Of a stretch of DNA of 64,000 bases, positions 1 to 18,100 are shown one piece after another. Origin of the DNA: Eledone cirrhosa (lineage: Eukaryota); contig OZ024747.1 in NCBI GenBank assembly GCA_964016885.1, positions 25,668,001-25,732,000 on the forward strand, read 5' to 3'. Both the position numbers and the translations under genes were made by a program. Within the stretch, counting starts at the first letter, position 1. Every line of letters begins with the position of its first letter. The notes under the pieces are model-generated. The model did no database searches and was not told the DNA's origin. It was given only the letters and a program-made list of their open reading frames with translations.

Positions 1-861
<861 letters not shown>

Positions 862-1061
862 NNNNNNNNNNNNNNNNNNNNNNNNNNNNNNNNNNNNNNN
901 NNNNNNNNNNNNNNNNNNNNNNNNNNNNNNNNNNNNNNNNNNNNNNNNNNNNNNNNNNNNNNNNNNNNNNNNNNNNNNNNNNNNNNNNNNNNNNNNNNNN
1001 NNNNNNNNNNNNNNNNNNNNNNNNNNNNNNNNNNNNNNNNNNNNNNNNNNNNNNNNNNNNN
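862..1061. other. Assembly gap (200 N)
   Basis: Fixed-length N run; the true size is unknown. Confidence 0.99.
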
Positions 1062-1180
1062 AGAAAGCCCTGACAAGGGCTAGGGGTTCTTCACTCCCAG
1101 TGGTTTAACTGCGCGATCGGGCATCCAGCCCGATTATTTCTATGTCCCCCGGCGCAAAAAAAAAAATAAAAAAAAAAAAA
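1062..1180 (+). mobile_element. GC-rich structured segment with poly(A) tail; probable 3' end of a retroposed element cut by the gap
   Basis: Hairpins agccct-gaca-agggct, cagt-ggttta-actg and atcgggc-atcca-gcccgat, then about 25 A. Confidence 0.4.
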
Positions 1181-1299
1181 TTACTTATTGACACTTATAC
1201 GTACGACATACACACACACGCATACATATGCGTGCACACAGCAACACTCACACACACAACAAACACACACACACGCTACTCTACTCACTTACACGCACA

Positions 1300-6135
<4,836 letters not shown>

Positions 6136-6322
6136 ATATGTGTGTTTGTGTTTATATCTAAAAACATGCCATCATAATTTTATGTAAGAGCTTTCCTTAA
6201 GTTATATTTCAAACACCAGTTTAACCTTTTTGATACGAAACAACATGAAACCTTTTAAAAATATTTATACTTATATTAAAAGCTTTTATCATAAATTTAT
6301 TTAAGAATTTTTTTAGTAAGTA

Positions 6323-6602
6323 TTCATCATTCATCATTTCATTTTACGTCCACTTTTCCCTGCTTGCAAGGGTGGGACGGGAACTGATCCTGGCTTGATT
6401 TCTACAGCTGGATGCCCTTCCTAACACCAACCTCATTTACAGTGAGTGCTGGGTGCTTTTTTTGCCGTGGCACCTCCACGACCACTTTGCAGTGGAATGA
6501 TAGGGACCGTAGTCCCTATCATCTCATTTCTACAGCTGAGTAAACTGGAGCAATGTGAAATAAAGTGTCTTGCTCAAGGAAACAACACATCACCCGGTCT
6601 AA
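6323..6602 (-). mobile_element. SINE with RTE-derived 3' tail (tRNA head lost)
   Basis: Near-identical to 44707-45049 and 46637-46972; contains ctggatgcccttcctaacacc and aaagtgtcttgctcaagg modules. Confidence 0.85.
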
Positions 6603-6939
6603 ATATTAACTTAGTAACTGAAAAACTTAGTTATTCCATTCAATTCCTAAAGTTTTGTTTTTTTACTAAATTAACTGAAACACATAACCACTGTATTTCA
6701 TTAGAAATACAGTAATGAAAGAGTTAATAATAAAGAAATATGATAAAAAATAAGCTATTCTTAATAAAATTATTTTACTAAATCCTTTGCAATTTTTTTT
6801 CTATTATTTTCCAAATTAATTGAAACACATGGACAGTGTGTTTCCTTAGATACATCGTCAGTAAAGTGTTAACTTCAAGTAATCCACACTGATTGATGAA
6901 CTAACCTAACCCACTTTCTCTTTCTCTCTACTATTGCAG

Positions 6940-6957
6940 TGGAGAAACAGTGACAAA
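6940..6957 (+). other. Candidate 18-nt microexon (alternative donor gives 22 nt)
   Basis: actaacctaac branch point, pyrimidine tract, tgcag|tggagaaacagtgacaaa|gtaggt. Confidence 0.35.
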
Positions 6958-7299
6958 GTAGGTAGGTAGATTAGGTGTTGTTTCTTTCATTGTAAAAAAA
7001 AACATCACAAACTAAATAGCCAGCATATTCACACACTCTCTCTCTCTCATACACACACACAAATACATACTCACTCTCTCTCACACACACACTTGAAGTA
7101 GATTAATTATAAACTAGTAATTTTAGCCAAGGTTGATTGAGAGGGATGAAGTGTGTTTGTTTTACTTAGAATATTGATTTCTAGGTGACAAGATTGGTGC
7201 TCAAATGAAGCAGCCTCACCAAACACAAATAACCATTGAATAAGAGCAAGAGGGAGTGAGTGAGAGAGCTATTGTGTGAGTGTTATTACAGCTCAACCC

Positions 7300-7677
7300 T
7301 TGGTGGTTTAGCTGTCTTCTTACAAGCTTTCATATTATAGGAGGTTTCTTGGATATTTTAATGATAGAGGCTCCAGTTCTGTCATGTTTTTGTTGTAGCT
7401 TATAAAGTATGCAGGTTTAACTATCTTCATATGAGGTTGCGTCTCATAGGAGATTTCTCAGCTATTCTAATGATAAGGGTCCCATTCCTATCATGTTATA
7501 GCTCACACCTAGGTAGATTTAGCTGTCCACTTACAATGTTGCATATTATAGGAAAATGTTTGAATAATAGGGGCCCCAGTTTTACGTTGTTACAGCTTAC
7601 ACCTATGCAGGTTTAGCTCTCCTACAAGGTTGCATCACATAAGCTATTTTAATGATATGGGGACCTAGTCTTATCAC
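7300..7677. repeat. Diverged ~100 bp tandem repeat, ~3.7 units
   Basis: Recurring gtttagct...tacaa...catattatagga...taatgatag...ccagt units at about 7305, 7413, 7517 and 7611. Confidence 0.7.
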
Positions 7678-7682
7678 AAAAA

Positions 7683-7873
7683 GTAATGTGAAATGAAGCA
7701 TCTTGTTCAAGCCCTTCGAATTACAGGTACAATTCATTTTTGCCAGCTGAGTGGACTGGAGCAATGTGAAATAAAGTGCCTTGCTCAAGGACACAATGCC
7801 GTGCTGCTGGGAATCGAACAGACGACCTTACGATTGTGAGCCGAATACCCTAACCACAAAGCCGTGCACCTTT
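7683..7873 (-). mobile_element. tRNA-derived SINE
   Basis: Minus strand has A box (gtggttagg), B box (gttcgattcc), then tgtccttgagcaaggcactt core motif. Confidence 0.85.
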
Positions 7874-8107
7874 ACAGTAAGTAGATATAATTGAGATAAA
7901 AGTGCCTGAAACAGCCTCTGATTCTATCACTCAAAGCTGTTTGTTTTAAAGAGTATATATATATCTAAAAACATTACATCGTAACTTTTGAGAAATTGTG
8001 TTATGTTCCAAACACCAGCTTAACAGGAAAGTTAAATATATTACTAAGTTTGTCCAAATTCTTGGTTATTTTCCAAACAATTTGAAAATTATAGGCAATG
8101 TCTTTAC

Positions 8108-8119
8108 CTCTTACCAATC
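8108..8119 (-). other. Candidate microexon, 12 nt (GATTGGTAAGAG) or 5 nt (GATTG)
   Basis: Minus strand: gactaac branch point, ~50 nt AG-free pyrimidine tract, tgtag|gattg|gtaagag|gtaaag. Confidence 0.45.
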
Positions 8120-9044
8120 CTACAATAATGTAAAGAGGAAGTGAAGAAAAAAAACAGCAAGAAAAAGAAAAGATGCATGTGTTAGTCTATGAGAAATATA
8201 AGAGAGAAACAGCGAATAACCAGTGTGAGAGAGAGAGAGAGAGAGAGATGAGTATACTAAGAAGGGACAGCAGAAATGGAATATCAAATTTAGCCAATTG
8301 AAATACAATACATTATACATTAAGATAGATAAGTTATGTATGTGTCTCTCTTTCTCTGTCTGTATGTATGTATATATATATATATATATATAGGGAGAGA
8401 GAGAGAGAGAGAGAGAGAGAACAACTGTTGATATATATATATATCATTATCATCATCATCATCATTTCACGTCTGCTTTTTCCCTGCTTGCAAGATATAT
8501 ATATATATATAGCATACACATATATCTATATATATAGTAGGAAAGAGATAAAGAGGGAGAATGTGATTGTGAATAAATGAATGAATGACCTCTATTTAGA
8601 CACCATTACACAAGTTTGAAAGAAGCACCACTACCCCTTCCCACAAACACATTCATCTTCAAACATTCATACACAGACACATACACCATCAAACATTCTA
8701 TAGAAATCACAACATAATTATGCTATTATCCCAGTATTGCAGGCAAACTCGGTTCTAAAATCAGTTTCTATATTTAATTTTCATCTCAATCAGACAATAC
8801 ATAGCTCAAATGGAGCGCCATGCTTTACGTTTTTTGTTCAACCTTCTGATTTAATTTCAATTGACAAGCAAAGAAAGGTCACACACACACAAAACAAATA
8901 TACAAAGTAATATAAAAGCAATTTAATAGATTATAAGATCAATTCTTATTTAGTTATCATCCTCTATACGAAGGGCCAGCTCTACCATTAAAGCCAACTA
9001 GGCAGTACCTAAGGTGCAGACCACCAAAGGCACATTATAGAACT

Positions 9045-9256
9045 TTAACCCTGTAAATTTACATTACTCTATATATACTATTGTATTTTTGTGGTAAAGG
9101 CTTTACCTCACATAATATCGAATCTATGAGATTTTGATATTTATTTTGAGAACAATACCTTAACATCAATATGAGTGGCCAGTTACGGCCAGATTGAACA
9201 GAAAGAGGTGAGAGAATTCTGGTTGGCTACAACCAGTTTAAATGCTAAAGGGTTAA
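9045..9256. mobile_element. piggyBac-type MITE (~210-230 bp family)
   Basis: TTAA-CCCT...AAAGGG-TTAA ends; same internal sequence as five other copies in the window. Confidence 0.8.
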
Positions 9257-11761
9257 AGGATTACAGTTTTATAACTATTTGTATAATTGATAAAAAATGA
9301 TTTCCTCTGATCAATAAATTGAAAACTTGTTTTCCAGAAAGCAGCATTGTGGAAATATCCCAAGCAATGGAGAGGATTATATGATGAAACCTGTCACGTG
9401 ATTTAGTGTGAGTTTAATAGAAAACACTGGCTTAGTAATTTTCTTAGTGTGGTCTCAAAGAAGTGTCAAAAACTAGTGTCTATTTTGGCCACAAGTTGAC
9501 TGATGCCTTGAATGGAACTGTCATGTCTTGTAACTTAGTAGTTTCACAAATAAAGATCAATAAAATAAATACCAAACTTGAAAATGATAAAAATAAGTAC
9601 TGGGGTCAATATGAGCAGCTAGAGTTTTTCAAGAGTGTATTTCAGTACATCTGCAGTCTAATGACTGAAAGATAGTAGAATAGAATACAAAAAAAAGTAT
9701 CTAGCTTTGATCTTTGGCTCATATCAACTTTTTCCATTTCTCCAATGACAATATATACTGGTTCAATTTGTGAATGTACATGACAGTGGTTAGGGTGTTT
9801 GACTCATGATCATAAGGTTGTAAGTTTGAATCCTGAAAGCATGTTGTATTCTTAAGCAAGACATTTTATTTCATGTTGCTCTAGTTCACTCAGCTGGAAA
9901 AAATTAGTTGTACCTGTATTTTTCACATTTTGAAATACAATCTTGCTCTTCTGCGCCAGTATGCTATGGGGCACCAATGTGCCACAGTATGTGATTTAGG
10001 AACCACGGTCTAGTCAAAACAGATCAAAAACGAAAAAAATGTGCTTCTTATTAAATGGTTGTGTGATGAAGTGTAGGTGTGTAATCTGTAATCCAGTTGT
10101 AAAACCTGACACCTTGTCATTACTATTTATAGAATCTTCACTTAAATTGCTAAGGTCCTTGAGAAAATTATGGATATTACAGAATCTCGTTTTGCATGCC
10201 CTATGAATAAATTTAAGTCTCATAAGAAGTAGATGGAATGTCCATTCTCACATATATGATCAGGGCCACCAAATGAAACGTTGCAAGGTGGCATAAGACT
10301 ACTAGAATTGGGGTCTCAATTCATGGGTACTGAGAGGATTTTGAGGAGAGAAGGAAAGGGGCGCTCTCAAAATGATGTTTTTTTTATGGGAGACGAAAGC
10401 TTCTCTCATCATAGATTTTCCAGGTGTTTTAAACCGTTTGTGACTGTATTTCTGAAATGTACTTTTTCAACAAATTATTGAAGAATTTTGAAGGATATAC
10501 TAACCCGTCTAACCCATGCTAGCGTGGAAGATGGACGTTAAACGAAGATGATGATGATGATGATGATGATACTAAAGTTATGAATTATTTCATTACTAAG
10601 GGAGTAACTTAAAATATGGTTCTTATATAAAATTATGTTAAAATACTCTAATTTAAATAAGAATCTTTTAAAATGTGTAATTTTTTGCTTAGTAGAACCA
10701 GAGCCAGTTTTAGCCAGGTTGGTATTCAAAGAGTTAATGATAGAAGCCCCAGTCTTATCATTAAAAACATGAAATTAAACGTCTTACTCAAGAATACAAT
10801 ACACCACTGGCTCCAGAAATTGAACCTATGGCCTTATGATTGTTTAGTTTAACAACCTTACCATTAGGCCACATACCTTCTCAAGGTAGGGTTTTCAACA
10901 ATTTTCAAAACTGCTACTGTCTAGGAATGCTATCCAGTGAAAGAAGAAATATTGTCAACATGTATGTGATGATGAATTCTACCAGCACGCATGGAACTTG
11001 TTAGGCGTATCTGGGTGTTAGACCTCTATCTTCCATCGAACCAGGCGATGAGTGTTCCAGTTGTTTGATCAACTGAACATCTTGCTCAGGAAATTAACGT
11101 GCAAGAGACGAAAACATTTCACAGACACATGTACTCTTAACGAAGTTCTCGAGGAGATTCAGATTGACAATGTGTGGCAAAGCTGACTGTTTGAATTACA
11201 TGTGCAGTCAATATTGTATTCTAGTGTACGACTCAGTTTTGTCTTCTTCATCTGAATGAACTAGAGTAACGTGAAATAAAGCGTCATGCTTTAGCAGAGA
11301 AAACGTCATTCATAACCACCATATGTTCATTATCACTATTACCACATTTTCTTTTTCGGAACAGGAGATGGTAGTGATAGACATAAGAGGGGTTAGCGTT
11401 AGGGACCAGTGATTTTATTTTGGCAACTCATATTCCTGAGTTAAAACCCTATTAATGATAATGTTTCATCTCGTATATAAGATTGATTGTTGATATAAGA
11501 ATGAATTATCTGTGTAGAAGCACGCGCGCATTTTGATTGGGACAGTAATGCCGGTTCACCTTTTAAACAGGAATACACAATATATATATTGTAGATAGAG
11601 CGTAGGGTAAATGTTTGTGTGGGAGAGAGAGGGAGCGAGCGAGGTGACACTCGTCACTCATTACCACGTCCAGCCACAACACATGAACACACCCACATCA
11701 TATACACTATAGATATATTTTAGGCAGAGGAGAGAGTAGGGTGTGGAGTGTTTGTAACGTT

Positions 11762-11831
11762 AAGGATTCATCCAACACTAGCGAGAACGGGGGCATGAAG
11801 GATTCATCCAACACTAGCGAGAACGGGGGCA
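11762..11831. repeat. Exact 34-bp tandem duplication (36-bp period)
   Basis: aaggattcatccaacactagcgagaacgggggca occurs twice, separated by tg. Confidence 0.95.
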
Positions 11832-14348
11832 CGCATGTAGATTAATTAATATTTTGCCTTTCCAACTTTCCATATGTCCCATCTGTAGCTGAAACTGTAC
11901 CGTTGCCAAAGATCCACGATTATAGGAGATGGCCATCATCGAATTCGATGGACAACCACGAGCATGGACGGGTAGGAGAGAGAGAGAGGTTGTCACTTGT
12001 TACCCTCTTAACACGATTGCACCGACCACGTGAACCCACACCCCTCAAAATGTCATGGCGGCAATGAATTACAGCAGTGAGGGAGGGACGAGAAGAAGAA
12101 GCTGAAAGTGAGACACAGAGAAAGAGCAGAGCGAGGAATTTGCTGGTAATTACTGCAAACATCCGCACAGCTAGTCATCAGCAACAGGGCAACAGGTTGT
12201 GTGTCGACTGTGGACTGAAGAGTGCGAATAAATCAAAGTTGACACACGCACCGTAATTCTTTATATATATATATATATAGTGCAAATTTGGACGGGAACA
12301 AAGCAGAGAGGCAAACAAATAAAGGTTTATTAGGTTCACGCTCTTGAGAGTATGTGTGTGTAAGGGGGGGGGGGGGGTATATATATAAAAGCGTGTACCA
12401 ACGCGTCCACAAATATATTCAAATTCGGGCGGGCATTTAAGAGAAAACCTTTATACACGCACACATATGTACCAAGTATGTTTAAATATCTAACAATGCG
12501 GGCGCGCATTTAAATTTTAAAAAATGTATACAGTATGTGCTGCATCAACGACTATGAATATAAATTTAATCAGTCATGCATTTTAAATTATTGTGTACAA
12601 ATAATACATAAAAAAACAAAACAAACAACTTAAAACAGCAACAGGTTACAAGTGTATGTGAGAGAGAGAGTGACCGTTTAAATTAAAACAAGCTTTTTAC
12701 TATTAAGCGTGTATCGATGTTTACACTTTTCCCATGCCCTTTAATGATTCACGCAGCAACAGGTGATATAAATATACACACGCATCTATCTTTATAGCAT
12801 GATTCCCTCCTATTTACTTACACAAATACATAACTAGGAGTAACGCTATTCTTATAAAAAAAAAAAGATTAAAACACGAGAGCCTGGGGGGCCTTCCTAC
12901 AGGAGTTGATAAACTAGAAGGTATACCTCCCTCTCTCTCTCTGTATGGATGTATATATATATATCATCATCACCGAATGAAACAAAATTAGTCCTGTAAA
13001 AGCCACCTCAATGGAAATAAAAATATCTTCCCTGCCTGATGTATTGAGAGTACCTTACTTATATATATATATATTGAAATCGTTTTTAGATGGTGCGGCT
13101 TGATTACAAATTTATATACACACACGCATGTTCATTTCAAACGGGTAGTGTCAAAAGAAAAGAATCTACAGGTCTAAACAAACAATATGTACTGTTTTTA
13201 CTTAAATACCCCGACAATAGAGTACAACTCTATTCCATAGAATCAACACCGGAAACTATATAATTACAGAATAATATTTGATAAGCGTCCTTTTTTTAAT
13301 CTAAGCGATGAGGTAAATGATACAGAGATAAATATAAGGACAAGACAGAGTTGAAAAGAGTTCATTCTCCACGCCATATCGACTGGTACAAACCGCGTGT
13401 TTTTAAATGTTTTAACTTTTATTTTTCTTTGTGTCAATTCATACTGATAGACAATAACCACCAACCTTTACTACAGCATCAACAAAAATTATATAAGTGG
13501 GGCTGATAATGATTTAATATTTGGCATGAAGCATTTGGCAAGTGAAGTTCTGTCATGTTCAGGGACAAGACATTGTAAGATACAGGACATATTAGTTATA
13601 ATTGTTAGTTATGATTACCATTAAGAAATCATTGTTAAATAAGAATCTACTTATTATTATTGTTAATAACTAGAGTCGTTAGAATAAGTATAAGTCAAAT
13701 ACTGGGTTGATTTAATCGATTGTACTTTTTTTTTATAGATCTGTGACCTTGTGCCAGTGTAAAAAAAAAAAAAAAAAAAAAAAATCACTTCTATCACCGT
13801 CATTACCAACATTAAGATATACTGGAACCATTTCAGTTCGACTTGGTCACTAAATCACTTGCAAAATAGAATGAACATGACCGATTCGTGTATTTTATTC
13901 TTCCCTTAAAAAATGTCTCGTTGAGATTAAGTAAACAATAGTATTGGATTACTATCACCACTTATAAATTAACTACGGTACACAATGTTAACAGGAAAGC
14001 TGTAATAATTTCATTAACCACAAGCTAAAACAGTACACACATTCCCTCCCCCATGTGTATAAGTATATATATATATACACAGGCGCACCGATATGTATAT
14101 ATAAACTTTCGAAGTCAACAGGCTACTCAGTCAGATATACACCTATATATATATATATGTGTGTACATCACAGAGGAACTGAAGTTAACTGAGGCAGAAA
14201 ATAAAAACAAATGAACATAACAACAGTTAATGAATAATTAGTAATAATAATTACAAGAAAATACTAAATAGTAAAACAAAGTTTTAAACAAGTTTGTCAA
14301 GCGAAAAATCGTGTCGAAAACGACATTTAAGAAATGTTTGATACTTAC

Positions 14349-14430
14349 CCTAATTTTTTAATAAAGTGCCAACAACCAGGGTGGTAATAAGAGAGAGAGG
14401 CGTTACACACAGGACTCCTCTCTCTCTAAC
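14349..14430 (-). other. Candidate non-coding first exon (5' boundary approximate)
   Basis: Consensus donor agg|gtaagt at 14348, downstream of a (GA)n tract. Confidence 0.35.
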
Positions 14431-14571
14431 ACTCACATTCTCTCTCTCTGTAGTCTCTTTCTCTCTCTCTAACCCTCTCCTTTTCTAGTCTTTCTCTATA
14501 ACAATCTTTCTTTTTTATCTTCTTTTTCTGTACATGTATGCCCGTTCTCTCTCTCTCTCTCTCTCTGTGTT

Positions 14572-14607
<36 letters not shown>

Positions 14608-14719
14608 ATAGAAGAAGGGCTACACGGCTTGTATATATGCTTTCATCTGTTATGTCTTATATGGGTAAGACATACATGTATGTATGTGGTGTATATCCTT
14701 CCTATTCTTATGGTGGTTG

Positions 14720-14924
14720 TTGTTGATGGTGGTGTAGTGTCCTCGCTGCAGCTGTTGCAGTTGCATTCAATATTAGTGAAAGTAGTTATTGTTGTTTAGG
14801 TGACTGTTATTGTTGTTGCTGATATTGTCTTCCTAGTCCCCCCTCCACCCTTCTCAAGTCTGATTTAGGGAGCTTATGGTGGCGGCGAGATGGCAGTGGT
14901 GGTGATCTCGAGAGGTAGAGACAG
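14720..14924 (+). other. Candidate first exon (5' boundary approximate)
   Basis: GC-richer segment ending in cag|gtaagg. Confidence 0.35.
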
Positions 14925-15577
14925 GTAAGGACTCCCACCAAAAGGTTTACCTTCGCAGTTGCATCATTTAATTTGCCTGCTAGCTTACTTACTTTTTTTT
15001 TTTCACGAGTTTGCTAGTAAGGTACCTACCTACCTAGCAAGGTAAGGAAGTTAGCTGGTGTGCTTGCTTGCTTGGCTAGCTAAACTATGTACGTTTCGCG
15101 TTTTAAAAAATCTGTCCAAGTGAATTGTTAAATATATATATATATATATATAAGAGAGAGTGGGAGAGAACGATAAACCGATTAAGAAAGAGAAGATAAA
15201 ACATCTAAACACATAGCAGAGACATATAGGGAAAGATGAGAAGGAATAAGATAAAGCCGTATCGTATATAAATATTGATATATATATATATATATATACA
15301 TATATATATGTGTGTGGATAAGCATATATTATGTATGTGTGTGTGTATATATCTTAACTATATATATAATGGTTCGACAGATAGAGAGAGGGGGTAAAAA
15401 AGAACAGAGATGGTAGGGAGTAGAATGCTGTAAATAAACGAGAAAGATATAAACAATTGCGTGTTTGTATGTGTTTTTGTGTATCTACGTTTGTGCGTGT
15501 ATGCGTGTAAAAGATACAGTAGTACTATGAGAGAAGAAAATAGTTGATTAAATTTAGTATCCACAGGGCCGTATTAT

Positions 15578-15990
15578 TCATACTTCTGATGACTGTTGGG
15601 ACTTTAAGGTCCCATCAATAGTATTTGCTGCGATGGTGAGGCTAAGGAGCTGAAACAACCAGGCACCCACACGAGCATCACCTGACACCTCATAAAGGTG
15701 AGCTGCTAACGATGCCAAGAACTTCACTGTTAGCGGCCTAGCTCCACCAAACGTCTCCAACGCCACAGGCTGAAAAGCAGTGACACATTTACTGCGGCAT
15801 CCATGATGTTGGAGGGAGCAAAAGAGTCACTGACTATGACGTTCCATATGAGACATCTGCCGCTTACTCAGGGTCAATAAGTAAGACCATCTGATCTCTT
15901 CCCATCAATTCTGGATAGTCCAGCAGGCTCCAAAACTGAGGATATTTACCTGAGCTAAGACCCACTTGATGATCAGGTTTAGCGTGGTGC
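15578..15990 (-). mobile_element. CRE-clade non-LTR retrotransposon C-terminal (restriction-like endonuclease) fragment
   Basis: Translates to RSDGLT-like motif and PVALETFG...FLASLAAHL..VSGDAR..AWLFQLLS, the typical CRE/REL terminus. Confidence 0.7.
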
Positions 15991-16084
15991 CCTTCAAAGA
16001 AGGGAAATGTCATGAAAGTTGTCATAGATATATTTTTTACCTTTGTTCTTGAAGAGATGGATGAGGTGACATGTATAACCTTTC

Positions 16085-16935
16085 AGATATCCAGAAATAT
16101 CCAAAGAAGCTTATGAACCAGTTTTTGACCATCATATTTTAAAATTTCAGGTGGGATGCCATCTTTACCAGTAGCTTTATTGGATGACAGTTGCTTGATA
16201 GCAGCTTGTACTGCATTTAAGCTTGGGTTTAATACTAATCTGGATATCTGTGGCCTTTGTGGAATAGATGGTATCACATCTTCATCAACATTTTATTCAG
16301 TATTTAGAACGTTTTCAAAGTATTCCTTCCATCAAGAGAGTATCTCAGCTTTGTCTGTATATAATTGGTACCACCAGAAGATAGAACTGGATTTGACCTG
16401 CTCTCTCTCGACCATACACTGCCTTCAGATCATTATAAAAGGCCCTTGAGTCCTGATCAGCTGCTTTAGCTGCTCATCAGGCAGCTAAAGTGAGGAGTGT
16501 GTCTGCTTTCTGTAGGCTTTCTTTTTAGTTGTTGAATTTTTATCTCCTATCCAATGCTTGTTGCTTATAATATTCTGGACATTTGAGTTGCTTTCATCAA
16601 ACCAGTCCTGGTGTTTTCTCATAGGAAATCCTAAGACTTCTCTGAAGGTAGCATTTTTTAGCACTTTCCAGAAAGTTTCAATGTCATCAGAAATCTGGAC
16701 AGAGGCAAGGGACAAGTCAAGTTTTACAGACAGTTCCAGCCTTCCATCAGTGGATCACAAAGCACCCATATCTCATCCAAGGTTGAAATAGGCGGCTTTT
16801 GAAGATGCCTTTTTGGGGGGAAGATTGAATGAAATCTTATTGAACAACAGGGCATGAGGCAAGAGACAGCAAGAAGAGTGAAAAGAACAAGTGATTTTGA
16901 AATCTTTTAGGTCATGCTTGTGTGTGATGATATAG
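16085..16935 (-). mobile_element. Degenerate RTE/BovB-like ORF2 fragment (endonuclease-RT linker)
   Basis: RKHQDWFDES and AIKQLSSNKATGKDGIPPEILK motifs; frameshifted. Confidence 0.8.
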
Positions 16936-17288
16936 TTAATCATCATCACCACCACCATCATCATCAATAACAACAATAACACCAACAACAGAAATTGACA
17001 GAGTCAGATTAAATAACTTTGTATTAGTTCCAGTTTTCTGAGTTCAGAGTTCAGATCCTATTTTGTCTTTCTTAGTTGTTGATAAATAGTCCAAAGGTGG
17101 GGGATTGGCAGAATTGTTAAAGAGTTGGAAGAAATGATTTGCAATATTTGATCCAGCTGTGTGTTATAAGTTCAATACCTATCTCTTTCTGCCAGGAGTT
17201 GCAACTGACAGGTAGTATCAGCAATGGGAAGACTAATGGAAACATTTATTTCTTTGTCTGATATAAAGATTGCTTTTTTCCTTTCTAG

Positions 17289-17521
17289 ACATTAAATCCG
17301 AGACAGTTTCTAGTAAGCTTTTGTAGAATTGTGTTTAACAATGGAAAGATGTGATTATGTACACAGGAACCACTTCATGCAATCTAAACTAGACTTGACA
17401 ATAAAAATGTTTTACGGAAAATAATGAAAGTTTTGTATTTCAAAATTGTATGTAAATTCATATTGGCAAGTCTACATCCTTCATATTTTGTTCATTGATA
17501 AGTGAGTCTGGTTCGAAGTAG
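17289..17521 (+). other. Candidate non-coding/UTR exon
   Basis: ttttttcctttctag| acceptor and tag|gtaagt donor around non-repetitive sequence; no through-running ORF found. Confidence 0.35.
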
Positions 17522-17859
17522 GTAAGTTTTCAATTTACCAGCTATCTAAACAATGAAAATGTTGTATGTTTTCACTATGCTATTAGTGTTTTGTAGAACA
17601 AATGTGCTTTACATAATAAAGCTGTTTGAAAAATAATAATATTTTTTCTTAATATGAGATCCTAGTATCTTATTAATTTGTATATTCAGAGATCGTTTAT
17701 CCACTATTGTTTATGAAAGGCATCCAGCCATAGAATCCATGCCAAAATATGAAATGTATGAACAACGCATAGTTATCTGACCTGTCTTGTCTCGAACCAT
17801 CAGAACTTGTCTAACCCATGCTAGCAACTTTATAATGGTCTGGCAAAGTTAACTGATAA

Positions 17860-18100
17860 GATTATGATTTACAGTGGAGATTGTGATTGCCAAGTCACTG
17901 TGTGAGAGATCCTGTGGAAATAGTCTCAAATTTGATGCTATGGCAGTCAATGTGTAGATGTATAAACCATGGAAGACAAACTCCTAACTTCATTGACATA
18001 CTTCAAAAAGACACCAGTCTGAAGACTATCAGAGTTGTTAATTGTGATGGCAGACATCTGGCACAAGTTTATTTCCCTGGTTTGATCAGAATATCTGCTG
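17860..18100 (+). mobile_element. Degenerate RTE 3' ORF end
   Basis: LMLWQ...HGRQ...FIDILQKDTSL resembles LLWEP...RGRP...YVDALRTDTGL at 52755. Confidence 0.55.

Larger units (their letters stand above)
11400..15560. promoter_or_regulatory. TE-poor, CpG-richer island; probable promoter/first-exon region
   Basis: About 4 kb nearly free of the SINE families; CpG-retaining motifs (gggcgggc, gcgggcgcgc); (CT)n/(GA)n tracts; divergent splice donors at 14348(-) and 14925(+). Confidence 0.5.

Noticed and set aside
6446-6715. Recurrent small ORF FFAVAPPRPLCSGMIG...CEIKCLAQGNNTSPGL (also 19910, 44829, 46730)
   Set aside because: Antisense translation of a multi-copy SINE, not a gene family.
11920-12168. 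82-aa minus-strand ORF with a signal-peptide-like N-terminus and RVKR site
   Set aside because: The hydrophobic stretch derives from a CT-rich tract, and there is no recognisable family or splice support; not called without expression or homology data.
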